Origin: Felis catus
Taxonomy: Eukaryota
Length of the DNA: 64,000 nucleotides
Reading direction: 5' to 3'
Assembly: GCF_018350175.1 (NCBI RefSeq)
Contig: NC_058383.1
Location: forward strand, 6,078,001-6,142,000
Below are positions 24,013-36,891 of the stretch, piece by piece; the first letter of the stretch is position 1; every line of letters starts with the position of its first letter. Both the position numbers and the translations under genes were made by a program. The notes beneath the pieces are model-generated. The model made no database searches. It saw nothing but the letters and a program-made list of their open reading frames with translations, and was not told where the DNA came from.

Positions 24013-24390
24013 AGACTCAGCTAAGAGGAAGACGGGGAGCCAATGCTGGGAGGCGAGAGGTCTGGGAATGAAAGCAGCTTCCCAGTAGGGTAGCTGGCCC
24101 AACAGCCAAGTGTGGCCTTTACGTTGAAATCTATGAAAATGAAACAATTAAAAACTCAGTGCCTCAGTGCTCAAAAGCCACACTGTGCCAGACAGCGCCT
24201 AGGGCAAGTGTCCAGAACATTCTCATCATCTCGGAAAGTCTGTCAGCCAGTGCTGGTGGAGACCCCAAGCTGTGCTGTCCATCGGGGCAGCCCTGGCCAC
24301 AGGTGGCAGCTGAGCACTTGAAACGTGGCCTGTGCCACTGAGAAATGGAATCTCAATTATTTTATTTTAATTAATTAAAATTGAAATTGA

Positions 24391-24609
24391 GGGGCGCCTG
24401 GGTAGCTCAGTCGGTTAAGCGTCCGACTTCAGCTCAGGTCACGATCTCGCGGTCCGTGAGTTCGAGCCCCACGTCGGGCTCTGGGCTGATGGCTCAGAGC
24501 CTGGAGCCTGCTTCCGATTCTGTGTCTCCCTCTCTCTCTGCCCCTCCCCCGTTCATGCTCTGTCTCTCTCTGTCTCAAAAATAAATAAACGTTAAAAAAA
24601 AATTTAAAA
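24391..24609 (+). mobile_element. SINEC_Fc (young)
   Basis: TSD AAAATTGAAATTGA at 24377-24390 and 24610-24623. CpGs intact. Confidence 0.95.
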
Positions 24610-24654
24610 AAAATTGAAATTGAAAAAAGGATCTCTAATTCAGTCATTGGAAGA

Positions 24655-24674
24655 CTTTTTTTTTAAGTTTTCAT

Positions 24675-24713
<39 letters not shown>

Positions 24714-24871
24714 TTTTGAGGGAGAAAGAGAGAGCCCGTGGGCAGGGGGGAGGGGCAGTGAGAAAGAAAGAGAGACTCCCAAGCAGGTTCCACACTCACA
24801 AACCGTGAGATCATGACCTGAGCTGAAATCAAGAGTCGGATGCTTAACTGACTGAGCCGCCCAGGTCCCCC
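24655..24871 (-). mobile_element. Can-SINE with (TTTA)n tail
   Basis: (TTTA)n at ~24673-24714, then a SINE body ending 'ccaggtcccc'. Confidence 0.9.
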
Positions 24872-25134
24872 TGGAAGGCTATTAATTCTATTTGGAACAA
24901 CTCGGGTATAAGAATCCAGCTTTCCAACTGCACATTTTATGAAATCTAAATACTGAGCAACCTGAAATATGCTCTCAGAGGAAAACAAGCCCACCGGATA
25001 GTGAAGACACAATACAAAACAACAAAGGTAAACCATGTCATTAATAAACTATATTTGATCATATATTGGGATGATAATATTCTGAGTATATTGCACTAAA
25101 AAAAGATATTACTAAAATAATCTAGCCTGTTTCT

Positions 25135-25361
25135 TTTCTTTTTTTTTTTTTTTCCAACGTTTATTTATTTTTGGGACAGAGAGAGACAGAGCATGAACGG
25201 GGGGGGGGGGGGCAGAGAGAGAGGGAGACACAGAATCGGAAACAGGCTCCAGGCTCTGAGCCATCAGCCAAGAGCCTGACGCGGGGCTCGAACTCACGGA
25301 CCGCGAGATGGTGACCTGGCTGAAGTTGGACGCTTAACTGACTGCGCCACCCAGGCGCCCC
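25135..25361 (-). mobile_element. SINEC_Fc
   Basis: Poly-T, 'ttttgggacagagagagacagagcatgaacggggg...ccaggcgcccc'. Confidence 0.95.
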
Positions 25362-25439
25362 TCTTTTCATTTTTAAATGTGGCCATTAGGAAACTGTCAA
25401 TGACTTACGTGGCTCAAATTTATTTCTTTTTAAAAAAAA

Positions 25440-25632
25440 AATTTTTAAGTTTATTTTTATTTTGAGAGAGAGAGAGAGAGCACGAGCAGGGTTGGGGTAG
25501 AGAGAGAGGGAGAGAGAGAATCCTGAGCAGCGTGGAGCCTGACATGGGGCTCCATCTCATGAACCATGAGATCATGCCCTGAGCCAAAATTGAGAATCGG
25601 ATGCTTAACCAACTGAGCTACCCAGGTGCCCC
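25440..25632 (-). mobile_element. Can-SINE
   Basis: (GA)n plus body ending 'cccaggtgcccc'. Confidence 0.9.
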
Positions 25633-26264
25633 AGGTCAAACTTATTTCAATGAGACAATGTGGGACTAGGGTTTAGAGAGATGGGCAGTGAGCCAAGAGG
25701 TCTGTAGTAGATATGGAGGTCTTGTTGGCTCAACATGGATTTTGAACTTCTTCCTGGGTAATGGGGAGCCACGGCAGGTGTTTGAGCAGAGCAGTGATGC
25801 CTCTGGAAGATCTTCCTGGCAGCTTTGGGAAGAATGGGGTGGAATGGGATACCAGTTGGAAAGCCATTGTCATCAAGCTCAGACAGGAGAGTGGCTTGGA
25901 TTCGAACGGTGGCTGTAGGGACACAGGGGTGCTGCCTGTTTCCCTTTCAAGGGGATTTTGCAGACATTTCATCCCAAACTTCTGCTTTTATCTTATCAGC
26001 CACCCCCAACTGTGGGGGGACTGGAAAATGTAGTCATTTAATTGGGCTCATGGCGATCCAGAAAAAAATGGGACCCCGTCCTAAGGAAAATAGAACAGAG
26101 GCTGGGTGGGCATGGAGCCCCCTCCACTGAGAGAAAGTCGGGGAAAGAGAGACAGAAGGCCCAGCCAGCAGGGTGGGAGGGAACCAAAGAGAACACGGGG
26201 TCTGTACGATTCTGGGAGGGTGGGCTTGGCAGAGGATATCACCCACCTTCATTTTGACCTCAAA

Positions 26265-26479
26265 CTTTTTTTTTTTAAGTTTATTTATTTATTTTGAGAG
26301 AGAGAGAGAGAGAGCACACAGGAGGGGCAGACAGAGAGGGCGAGAGGGACAAATCCTAAGCAGGGCCTGCACCATGAGTGTAGAGCCCGATGCGGGGCTT
26401 GAACTCAGGAACCATGAGATCACAACTGAGCTGAAAGCAAGAGTCGGCCACTTAACTCACTGAGCCGCCCAGGCGCCCC
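26265..26479 (-). mobile_element. Can-SINE
   Basis: TSD-like ttgacctca(a/g)acttt on both flanks. Confidence 0.92.
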
Positions 26480-26787
26480 TTGACCTCAGACTTTCTAATG
26501 AGTAAATTTCATCTTTCCCACTTATGTTTGAATTCTGGCAAAAGCTCCTGTGGGCAGAGTACCCGCTTCACACAGTAAGAACTGCCCTGAGCCAGCAAGA
26601 CCCCACGTGACTGACCCCAAGACAGCGATCCACCTGGCCTTTGCTGCCCCACCTGCACAAACCCCCAACCTCTGTCCCGCATTTTCCTGATAGAAACTGG
26701 GAAGTATTTTCCGTGCTTGGGCACAGTCTTTGAGACACCAGTGTGCTCTCATCCTGGTGTCGGCCTTTCTTGAAATAAATCCCTTTC

Positions 26788-27031
26788 GGGGCGCCTGGGT
26801 GGCTCAGTCGGTTGGGCGTCCGACTTCGGCTCAGGTCATGATCTCGCGGTCCCATCCATGAGTTCAAGCCCCGCGTCAGGCTCCGTGCTGACCGCTCAGA
26901 GCCTGGAGCCTGTTTCGGATTCTGTGTCTCCCTCTCTCTCTGACCCTCCCCCATTCATGCTCTGTCTCTCTCTGTCTCAAAAATAAATAAATGTTAAAAA
27001 AAAAAAAAAAACTAAAAAAAAAAAAGAAAAA
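26788..27031 (+). mobile_element. SINEC_Fc
   Basis: TSD GAAATAAATCCCTTTC at 26772-26787 and 27032-27047. Confidence 0.95.
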
Positions 27032-28810
27032 GAAATAAATCCCTTTCTTGTTTCACCTGGTCTGTTTGGGACCCCCAGAGTCCGGTGCTCCTGCACCCCT
27101 GAGCCCCAGCTACAGGCTGCTCCCAGGACCCAACGCACCTGAGCGCCAGGCAAGACGAGGCCCCTGGCTCACGGGAGGCGCTCGACAAATATTTGTCCAA
27201 TAATGTCCATTTAGCCACGTGAGCATTACTGATAACCTTGGGAAGAGCAGTGTAGTGGAGATGCGGGTAGGCAGGGGAGGGAGAGGGAGGTGAGGCTTGA
27301 GTGGGCGTGATTCTTTCCAGAAGTTTGGGTGGGGAGGGCAGAGGCGGAGAGGGAGGCAGGTGGAGGGAGGGACCGCGTCCTGCTCAGCTCTGAATCCCAG
27401 GACCTGGCATTATTATTGTTTTTTTTATCCCCATGCAGATGAAAAAGCTAAGGCTCCAAGAGGAGGACCAACTTCCCGGGTCTCCAGAGGGGACTGAGAT
27501 CCAGGCCTGTGCCCTGAACCCCGCCCCACCCCTGTCCTCTCCCACTCCTTCCCAGCATCCTGTTTTTTCTTTAATGAGCTGGCTCTTTGATAATCGCAGT
27601 GGGCCTTTTATGAACTAAACAAACCGAGGCTGCAGGGTATTTTTTTTTTTTTTAACAAAAGAGCTCATTGAATAAGCAATGGGCTTTTCTGCAACTATTT
27701 TTAAAGAGGGACCTGCAGGCTGGGCTATGAGGAAAATCACAGAGAGCAATCTTCTGAAGGTCACCTAGCACCCAGGGAAAAATCCAGAGCTGGGGTGCAC
27801 CTCACAGACCCCCGTGCGGGGCCCTGTGAGAAGGCGGAGGTCCTGGGTAAGAATCCAGGCACCCGGCTCCGTCCCGCCCCGGGGGCATCCAGGACAGCGC
27901 TGGCCCGGCGTGGCCCTCCAGCCTCTGCAGTGGCCCCAGCCTGCTCCCTGGGACCAGAGGATTCTGCTCTCCGGAAGGTGCTAGCTGTGTAACTCCCATC
28001 ACCCCCTGCGCTGCCTCTGCCTCTGGTGCCCGCAGGCAACTATTTTACCAATCCGCTCCCTCCCCTGTGCCCTGTGCCCTGGGCCAGAGACATGGCTGCC
28101 TGTATTTAGGGCATATTCACCGCAGACACGGCTCCGTGCTGGGAACCAAGACCTCTGACTCGACCCCTGTGCTCAAGGAGCTTGAAGGTGGGACCAACGT
28201 TTCTGGGGACGAAGAGCTTTCACGTACGTACATCCCCACACCTAATTCCCATCCACTTCCAAGGCACCATTTCCAGGGAAGCTGAGTCTCAGAGAAGTCA
28301 GTGGCCACATGTGGCTCAGCTGGGACTCTTTCTGTGTCCATGGTTCCAGCCTTCCTTGTACATGGCAGGGGGCCACCTGTCCCCTTATGATCTTGGGCTC
28401 AGGGGACGTGGAAGGTCCTGGAACTTCCTGTGAGGGCCTGATTGGTAAGTGCTGACAACCAGATGTTTAGCCAGCCCCGGGAGGGACAGGCTCACTCTGG
28501 CTTGTGTGCCAGTAACTCTGACTCTCTGGGCCTCAGTTTCCTCCACTTTAGATTGGGGTTGGTAACAGTATCAGTGCTATTGGTGACTGCTAATGTTTCC
28601 TAGTCCTCACTATGGGCCACGTGGCACAGAGTCCCCTAGGCAGGCCCCATTCTTTCCCCCAGTTGAGACAAGGAAAGTGAGACTCGGAAGAACAAAACGA
28701 CCTGTCCAAGTCCACACAGCTTGCAAGGATTTGAGCCTAGGCAGTCCTGCGCCCGGCTTACTCTGCTGGCTGGAGAGAGGTTGCCTTCCCCTCCCCAGCC
28801 TTCGACCCTG

Positions 28811-28844
28811 GGCGCCCCCTGGTGGTCAGAGCTGCTCCTGCAGC
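28811..28844 (-). promoter_or_regulatory. CTCF binding site (core plus upstream motif)
   Basis: Minus strand reads GCTGCAGGAGC-agctc-TGACCACCAGGGGGCGCC, a consensus core with a TGCAG upstream module. Confidence 0.7.
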
Positions 28845-29633
28845 TCAGCCTCTGTCCAGGTTACTCCCAGGACAGGTGGACCCCTTTGAAGGCCTGAGGA
28901 GCAGCAGCTGGGAGCCCACCAGGGCCCCACAGAAGCCAACCAGCCAGGAGGTCAAATCTCAGCTGGCCCACCCCTCCCCCAGCTCTTCGGCCCTTTCTGA
29001 AACGAAAGCGGGCCTCAGTGTCCCTTTGCCTCCAGGTCTTTGTATCAGAGGACCACCGATCACGGCTTTCTGGCTTTTGTGGCAAATGCTGAACTCGAGG
29101 GTTTGCTCCAGGCCAGACCGTTGGGGAGATGGGGGTGCAGAGCCCAGAGGGAGGCATCCGTTCGTTAGTAAGAATGACTGAGTAGGCTACCGCTGAGCTG
29201 TGTTGCGTTCCTAGGAATGCTGGTGTTGGCTTGTTTGGACATGAATGCCCTTCCCCCAACACCCTGTGAGCCCCCGCGCGTGCAGCCTGAGGCAGGTGGG
29301 CATCAGCTGCTCCACCCTCCTAAAGCTTGATGATCTGAGTCATCGGCAACCATCTTCCCGTTGTTCCCTCCGGAATGTCAAATAAAAACAAATCCAGGCT
29401 TCGTAAGAGAGACTTTATGCGAGAGGGAGAATGCTCTGGCCATAGGGTCTGTCTGGGGGGAGGCAGAGAGCCTCTCTGCTGCAGAAGGGAGCAAGCAAAG
29501 CAAAAAGGAGCCGGCGTGGGAAAGCGGGATGGAAGGTCAGCGAAGGCCTAGCTCTATTCCAGGGATTGCTGGAGGGGCTGACTGGTGATCCAGGCAGAGA
29601 CTGAGATTCAGCGGCCCCGAGGAAGGAGAGACG

Positions 29634-29925
29634 TGTAACCAAAGTTTGGTTAACAAGCCCTTGGCTCTGACTGACCAATGGAGACACACAGTTCAGGTAA
29701 TCATTTATGAGTCCACAAAAGGGGATTTGGAGGGTCTGTGTCTGTCCTTGTCATAGGTAGACAAGGACGGGGGGGGGGTGGACATCCATGAGTCTTGTCT
29801 ATGTCACGTGGAGGAGGTTCATTCTTTGCAACAAGTCATTTTCGCGAACACAAAGGGTGGGGGGTTCCTTTAAGAGCCGCTGTTTTGCAGGAGCACGGGG
29901 CTTAGGTAAAAATCCACATTGTCGG
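29634..29925. mobile_element. Possible ERV LTR fragment
   Basis: Starts 'tgtaacc' and has LTR-like composition. Family not recognised. Confidence 0.3.
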
Positions 29926-31254
29926 GAGTGAGAACAGTGTTCTCATTAGCAGATTGAATCTGAAGATAGCAAAAATGTTCATTGTGTCCACAACGAAATA
30001 CAGGAGTAAAGAGATCAGGGGCAATAATCTTGGTCCTAATTGTTAAAATCGGGCAGAAGTGAGCATGTTGCCCTGGGAATAGCTAATAGCTAGTGGTGTT
30101 GCTCATAACAAGGCACTGGCTGGACTGTTTGCCGCGGTCTGTGCCCCATTGAGCTCAGAATCCTAGAGCGTCTCCCTGGGAGACCTGGGCCCGGGAGGAA
30201 ACCTTGTGGTTTTCTGCCAGAAGAGCCACACACACATGGTCACCAGAACTCTCGTCGCTGTGGTCCGGGCTGGCGTCAGGAAAGTCAGCCTCTTCTGTAC
30301 CAGGTGCCGTGCTGGGCTCTGCACAGATTTTGGGCATGTTCTCCAGGCAGGCATGGGGACAGCAGGAGCGACAGTCCCTGACATTGGTGGCCGTTTCTGT
30401 GGCTCTTGGCTGGTCATCCCGGGGATGGAAAGCCCCAGGAGACCGGGCCTTACTGGTTCATGGCTGCGTTCCCAGCACTTGGCAAGGTGTGAGCATGCCG
30501 AATGAATGAAGGGTGAGCCCTGACAGCAGTGGGGGTGTGGTTAGACCACACGCATCATGGTGAAAGGGGGAATGTTACCGTGAACGAGGCGGGAAAGCCA
30601 AGTAGGAGTAGCCTGAATGCCAAGCTAAGAGTTTGGACTTGGTGCTAAAGGTGATGGGGGTGCCTTTGAGGTTTTCCAGCTGAAGAGTGAGCTAATCTAA
30701 GCTCCGCTTGGGGCCAGAGGTTGTGGTTTCTGTTGGCACCTGTCATGTCCCTCCAGTCTCCTCTGGGACCAGGCTGGGGGTGGCCCAGCGCCCAGTGGAA
30801 CACTCTTGGGGTACGGGTGGGGGAGGGGCGGGGGCGGGATGGAAACTCCTGCTTGAGTGGGAGCCACTCTGCCAGGGAGGCCCTGCCTTCCCTACCTTGC
30901 TCTGCGGCTGGCTTCCTCTCAGAAGAGCTTAGAGCACCCCCTGCTGCCTGTTCCGGGATGCACGCTGGGGCTTTGCGGGGGGAACAAAATGAAAAGGAAA
31001 GCTAGGCCCACATCTCCACTGGCAGGACCTCTGCTCTGACCACGGTCTCCGAAATACTAACTCAACACATGACTCTCATGACTTTACAATGTGGCCAGCA
31101 TGCTTTCCATCACCAGCTTTTGAAGCGAATGTGATTCACACTCCTGCTTCCCGGGTCTGGGGGGTCTCAGCTCCCACTCTGGGGGCCCCAGGAGCCTCCC
31201 CCGCCCCAAACACACACACATGTCACCAGGTTCTGGAGAACTCCAGGTTTGGCC

Positions 31255-31540
31255 TGTGTCAAGGGCTGAATAGCGTCCCCACCCAAGATCATGTCTGCTT
31301 GGAGCCTCAGAAAGTGAAGCTTGTTTGGAAATAAGGTCTTTGCAGGTGTAATTAGTTAAGGAGCTCAAGATGAGATCATCCTGGATTTCCAGTGGGGCCC
31401 AAGTCTGATGGCTGGTGTCTATGAGAGGAAGGAGCTCGGGGACGTGGGGGAAGAAGGTCACATGGAGGAGGCCCGAGACTGCAGCGACGGGTGTCAGACA
31501 CAAGGAGCCCAGGGTGGCCGGCAGCCACCAGAAGCCACTG
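31255..31540 (+). mobile_element. MLT1B/C-like MaLR LTR fragment
   Basis: 'gggctgaatagcgtcccc...tttggaaataaggtctttgcaggtgtaattagttaagga...gatgagatcatcctggattt'. Confidence 0.8.
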
Positions 31541-32359
31541 TGTGAGGGTTGCCACCAGCATTTTATCCCACTCCCGAGGCCCAGAGCACTCGGTGTTCCA
31601 TTCACTTGCATGCTTGGACCCACACCCATGCATGCACACCCATGTGCACAGGCACATACACATGCATGCATGTGTGCAGTGTACAGAAGAGACGCGAGCT
31701 GGTCACAGAGACAGAAGAAGTACATGTGGAGGGAGCCTGCTGTCACAGTGATCCTAGCTGGGAGCAGCAGCTGGCCAGCACCGAGGGAGGGGTGTTTAGC
31801 ACAATGATTAGCACTCCCTGGATCCCTAAAGTCCTCCCTGTCTCTCCAGGGTCTGTGTGCAGGGATCCAGCCTGTGGCCTCTGCTCCCACTCCTTCCGCG
31901 ACCCCAGCTCTGTTTCCTCCTGCGGGGGCGAGGCAGCCCCTCATCACAGGGGGCGAAGTTCCCGGGAGCAGATGAGAGATTCTGCCAGGGAGGCAGAGAT
32001 GGCTTTCCCGCCTCTGGGCCACGGGGGGTCAGAAAGAGACCCACTGATGAGGAGTTCACTTAGGAACCATCCCTCACCAGCGAGGGGCGTGTGCGTCTGC
32101 GACACGGATCTGGTCAGAAGCTGGAAAAGACGGCGGAGACCCCAGGAGGGTCGTGCAGCACCCCTCTGTCTCGACTCACACCTGTTCCTCCAGAATCCTT
32201 CATCTTCGGTCTCCACAACAGCCTCTTTCCATGAGGCAGCGATCCGGGAAAGAAGCGTGTGCGCCTGGATCTGCTGGGCCCCTGGTATAGGGTCTGTCGA
32301 TGCTGCCGGGATGTTCTCTGAATGAACGCCTGGAAGATGCACCCATTCACTGTCATTTT

Positions 32360-32743
32360 TTTTTTTAATTGAAAAAGAGTCGATGAGGTTCACGTAACAT
32401 ACAGCTGACCATCTTAAAGCAAACAGTTCAGTAGTGCATTCTGGACACTACCCCTGTCTCTAGTCTCCAAGTGTTTTCATCGGTTCAGAAGAACCCCCGC
32501 TACCGGCTAAGTTATCACTTCCTGTTCCTCCCTCCCAACCGCCGGGCAACCACTGATCTGCTTTCTGTCTATGGATTTGTCTATTCTGGACATTCCATAT
32601 GCATGGAGTCGCATAGGTGGCCTTCTTTCACTGAGTATTGTGTTTTCAAGGTCAGTCCACATCATGGCAGGTATCAGTACATCATTCCTTTCAAAGGCAG
32701 AATAATATTCTACTGTGTGTATACACCACAACCCAACTTGTTT

Positions 32744-32792
<49 letters not shown>

Positions 32793-33400
32793 CCCAAGCA
32801 GGCTCCACACCCAGAGCCCAACACAGGGCTCCATCCCATGACTCTGGGATTGTGACCTGAGCCAAAATCAATGAAGAGTTGGATGCTCAATCGGCTGAGC
32901 CACCCAGGCGCCCCCACAATTTTTTAATTCTTCTGTTGATGGATGCTTGGGCTATTTCCACCTTGTGGCTACCGCAAATAGTGCTGCTATGAACATTCGT
33001 CATGAGTGCGTATCTGAGCATCTGTTTCCAGTTCTTTTAGGTGCATACACCTAGGAGTGGAATCACCACACACTAAGCATGTAACTTTTTGAGGAACCGC
33101 CCACCGTTTTGCATTTTCCATTCTCACCAGCACATCCTTGCCAATACTTATTATTTTCTGTTCCTGTTGTGTTCTGTTGTGTTGTTATTATAGCCATCCT
33201 AGTAGGCATGAAGTGGTATCTCATTGTGGTTTGATTTGCATTTCCCTGATGACTAATGATGTTGAGCATCTTTCCATGTGCGTAACGGCCATTTGTATAT
33301 CTTCGTTGGAGAAATGTCTATTTCAAGTCCTTTGCTCATTTTTTAAATTGGGTTGTTTGTCTTCCCGTTGTTGGATTGAAAGAGTTCACTCTTCACACAA
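32360..33400 (-). mobile_element. L1 (L1MB-like) 3' end, interrupted by a Can-SINE at ~32735-32915
   Basis: 'gaagtggtatctcattgtggtttgatttgcatttccctgatgactaatgatgttgagcatc'. ORF 33063-33269 ([15 protein letters not shown]) is a decayed L1 ORF2 C-terminus. Confidence 0.9.
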
Positions 33401-34084
33401 ATTGTGCAGAACAAAAAAACGAAGGCTAGGATTGTCACTTGCCCGAGGTCTTGGGAACCTGGCGACCCCTCAGATCTCCACTTCTGCAGCCCCCTCCCTG
33501 CCTCAGCTGCAGTTAGGTTATTTCTTTGGCCGGAGCTGTTGGCTCGTGCCGACCTGTGGACACCTCAGAAAGGCTATTAGGGAAGGAAAAGATGATGCAG
33601 AACAAAGGGGGTCCCCTCTTCCTGAGTCCCAGGAATGCCTCTGTCTTGGAAGGGGCTGAATGCTCTGGAAGCTGATTCCCAGGTAGGCTGCTCCAATTGT
33701 GTGAGTGTGAGTATGCACATGTGTGTGGCATGTGCCTGTGCGTTCGTGCACGTGCACAGCTGTGCACACATCTGCAGTTGACAGAGCTGCCAGGACCCAC
33801 ACCATCTGTGTCCTTTGTGTCCCCTCCTGTGGCACCTGCCAGCCACCACTGGAAGGAGGAAACTGTGGGAAGCATGGCTGGGTGGGGCTGCCACCTGCTG
33901 GCCACACTGGGCACTGCAGATGGACCTCAGGCTAGTGTGGGTGGCCCCGCCTGGTCTCCTGGGTCAGTTGCTCAGGGCAACAGCCAGAAGAAAATAAAGT
34001 CCCCCCTGTTGCCCCCGTGCCCTTAGGGCCTCTCTAGGGGGCCTGATAGCCTTCTTAGTACCATGAGCCTCTCTCCAGTTCAAT

Positions 34085-34440
34085 CAAACCCTCGGAATAA
34101 AGTTTTTAAAAACTTAATATAAAATAATAGGAATTCCAAGGAAACTATACTGAAATACAGCTATCAAAATAGTGATTGTAATATATGTCCTTAGTGAAAT
34201 AAGACCCAGCAGCAGGTCTAACAGCAAATGTAATTTTGAAGACGTGGCCAGCATAGAGGATGTTTGGGGAGACCCGCAACAATTGAAATGTTTTGTGAAA
34301 ACACTTGTGATTTCTATGGACGGCAAAGCCATGGGAACTGCTGACGGCACTGCCTAGATTTGTGGTGGATGGAAACGCCACGATTTGTTTAAAGGTTTGT
34401 GACGTTGGAGATGCAGTTTCTCCCACCCGAGCTTGCAAAT
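34085..34440. mobile_element. Probable hAT-Charlie remnant
   Basis: AT-rich 'tatactgaaatacagctatcaaaata...aataagacccagcagcaggtctaa...tgtaattttgaag'. Confidence 0.45.
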
Positions 34441-35009
34441 TCGCTCCATGGATCCCTTGGGGGTCGGGCACCCCAGGGTAAAAGCCCCTGGCCCAAACCC
34501 TGCCTGGTGGCCCCAGCTCCTCCTCAGCCCCCTGGCCAGATGCCAAGCAGGTCCCCTCCAAACTCACCCCTTCAGCCCCTGCCACACCATCCACAGCCTG
34601 GCTGCCTCCCTGCTCCCACCCTCTGATCCCCTTGTTCAACACAGAACGAGGCATCATGCTCAGAAGCCAGCCCAGTGGCTTCCTGCTCTGATGGCCGACA
34701 AAGAACAGAACCAATTTCTGAAATGCTGTCACATGAGGCAGCTCTAGGTCCTCCAGGCAGAGAAGAACCACCCCCCCCGCCCCCCGCAACTGATAACGGT
34801 CCCTCTTTCCAGGATACAGGCAGGGAGACCTCTGAATCCTGTCACCTGGACATCACTCCATGACCCAAACAGAGGCTTCCAGACCATTTGTCCTTCTGGA
34901 CCATCTGGGGAGAGATACTGAGTCGTATCCTTAGAATCTTCTCTTTCCTACATTCCAGACATTGTGAAGCCACAAAAGGGGGAAGGGCATTTTTCCTCCC
35001 TTCCCGGTG

Positions 35010-35420
35010 ATACTTAATGAACCCCTGCTGCGTGTTGGGCACTGTCCTAGGTGCTGGAACTACAGACAGTAAATGCAGTAGTCCAAGGCCCTTCCTTCCT
35101 GGAGTTTTTGTTCTGTGGAGGGAGGCAGGCTAAACAAATAAATTAGTAAAAGGAACAGTATGCTCTAGGGTGATCTGTGCTCTTGGGAGTGGGGAATACG
35201 AGGTACAGGAGGCAGGGAGTGCGGGGGTCAGCCTCACTGAGCAGGTGGTACTGAGCAGGAGGGAGCCCTGTGCCTGTGTAGGGAAGAGCATCTGGCAGGG
35301 GGACAGGCAAAGCAAAGCCCCAAGGAAGGCAGAACAGCAGGGGGGTGAGGGCAGGGAGGCCAAAGGGCCAGGTCCTGCCACCCTACGAGCCGCCGGTAGG
35401 ACTCTGAGCTGGGAGACACC
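35010..35420. mobile_element. L2 remnant
   Basis: 'gggcactgtcctaggtgctggaa...ggaagagcatctggcagg...agcaaagccccaagg'. Confidence 0.6.
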
Positions 35421-36039
35421 GAGGGGTTTGGGTGGACGAAGACAGTTGGTGCAGTTGCACGCGCGGGCTTGGGGCAGGGTGAGGAGTGGGGCCCTGCAGT
35501 GGGGAGGCACCCGCCAGGGCGGGGGAAGCGGTCGGGTGCTAGACCGGACCTGTTGGCTGGGCGGGTGGGCACGCAGCGGGAGACGGAGCTGCCAAGAGGA
35601 CATGGGGAAGGGCATCAGTTTCCTGTGGCTGCGGAAACACATCCCACAAACCGGGTGGCTTAAAACAACAGAAATCTATTTTCCCTCCAAAATCCCCTCC
35701 CCCCATGTCTCATTGCGCAACCGCAACCGTGTTTGGAGATGAGGCCTTTAAAGAGGGAAGTGGGCAGAGACCGCATAACAATCCGGGGGCACCTTGAAGA
35801 CCCGCCTTGCTCAGGGTGAGGAGACAGCCTGCAAAGTATACAGCTCTGCCTCTCGGCCCAGCGTGCACCCAACAGCCTGTGTACCCCCAAAGTTTGCAGG
35901 CTGAATGTTTTCCTCCCGAGTCGTATCGCAGCTGTGTGCATCTTCGGTTGGCAAAGTTACCCCTTCCTCTACCTCTCCGTTTTTTTTTCTGCATTTCTGT
36001 CCCAGTGGTTCTTTCTAGCTCTTTCATGTGGGTGACTAT

Positions 36040-36260
36040 TTGTTTTTGTTTTGTTTTTATTCTCTTTTTATGTTTTATTTATTTTTGAGAGAGAGAGACA
36101 GCACGAGCAGGGGAGGGGCAGAGAAAGAGGGAGACACAGAATCTGAAGCAGGTTCTGTGCTGTTAGCACAGGGCCCGATGCGGGGCTCGAACTCGCAGAC
36201 TGCGAGATCATGACCTGAGCCGAAGTTGCACGCTTAACCGACTGAGCGACCCAGGTGCCC
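36040..36260 (-). mobile_element. Can-SINE
   Basis: 'ttttatttatttttgagagagagagacagcacgagcaggggaggggcag...ccaggtgccc'. Confidence 0.93.
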
Positions 36261-36891
36261 TTTTTTTTTTTTTAACTGTCTTAACTTCTGTAAGACTAAC
36301 ACTGGAGCACCCCAGTTTTTACAGATACAGATCTCCTTCTGTAGCACAAACAACCCTTTCTGAATTCCTCTGGGTAGAGTTTAGGTGTCTTAACCCTGGG
36401 TTCTCTTGAAGGCACGTGCAGGGACAGGAGCTGTATATATCCCAGCAGGGAGTGGTTCTAAATGACGTGTGACACGTAGCCCTCATCTGTTGGGAGCACG
36501 CTAAAATAACTCAAGGCAAGAACAGCCCCCTCTCTCCCCCAGCTTTCTCCAAGGTCTTGTTTGATCCTCGGACGTTATCCAGGGCACAGGGGTCCCCCAC
36601 AACACACTCAGGTCCCTTCTCATCCCGAGGCCTGACATACCGACCCCGGGTCAGGGGGCAGAGCAAAGGTGTAGGTGGCAGCATCCGCCCCATATGCCAA
36701 TGATGCTGAAGCCTGACAGAGTTCCCCCAATGACTTGGCTCATTAAACGTGGGGCTTCCCAGAGTGGGACAGCCAAGGTGGGGTTGGGGTTCATTCCTAC
36801 CCATGTCCAGCTTGGGGCCTGGGGCACACCCGCTGGCTGGGTTGGGTGGTGAGGGTGGTGGGAAAACAGAGGTAATTAAGAAAAAAGCCCA

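Larger units (their letters stand above)
24100..25430. mobile_element. MER3/MER33/Charlie1-type DNA transposon remnants fragmented by SINEs
   Basis: 'gccacaggtggcagctgagcacttgaaacgtggc', 'ttttatgaaatctaaatac', 'ttttaaatgtggccattaggaaa...ttacgtggctca'. Confidence 0.55.

Noticed and set aside
31084..32325. 312-aa and 258-aa ORFs
   Set aside because: They overlap an MLT1 LTR and a CA/TG-rich simple tract. No protein family or splice structure recognised.
33063..33269. Active L1 ORF2
   Set aside because: Short decayed 3' fragment interrupted by a SINE.
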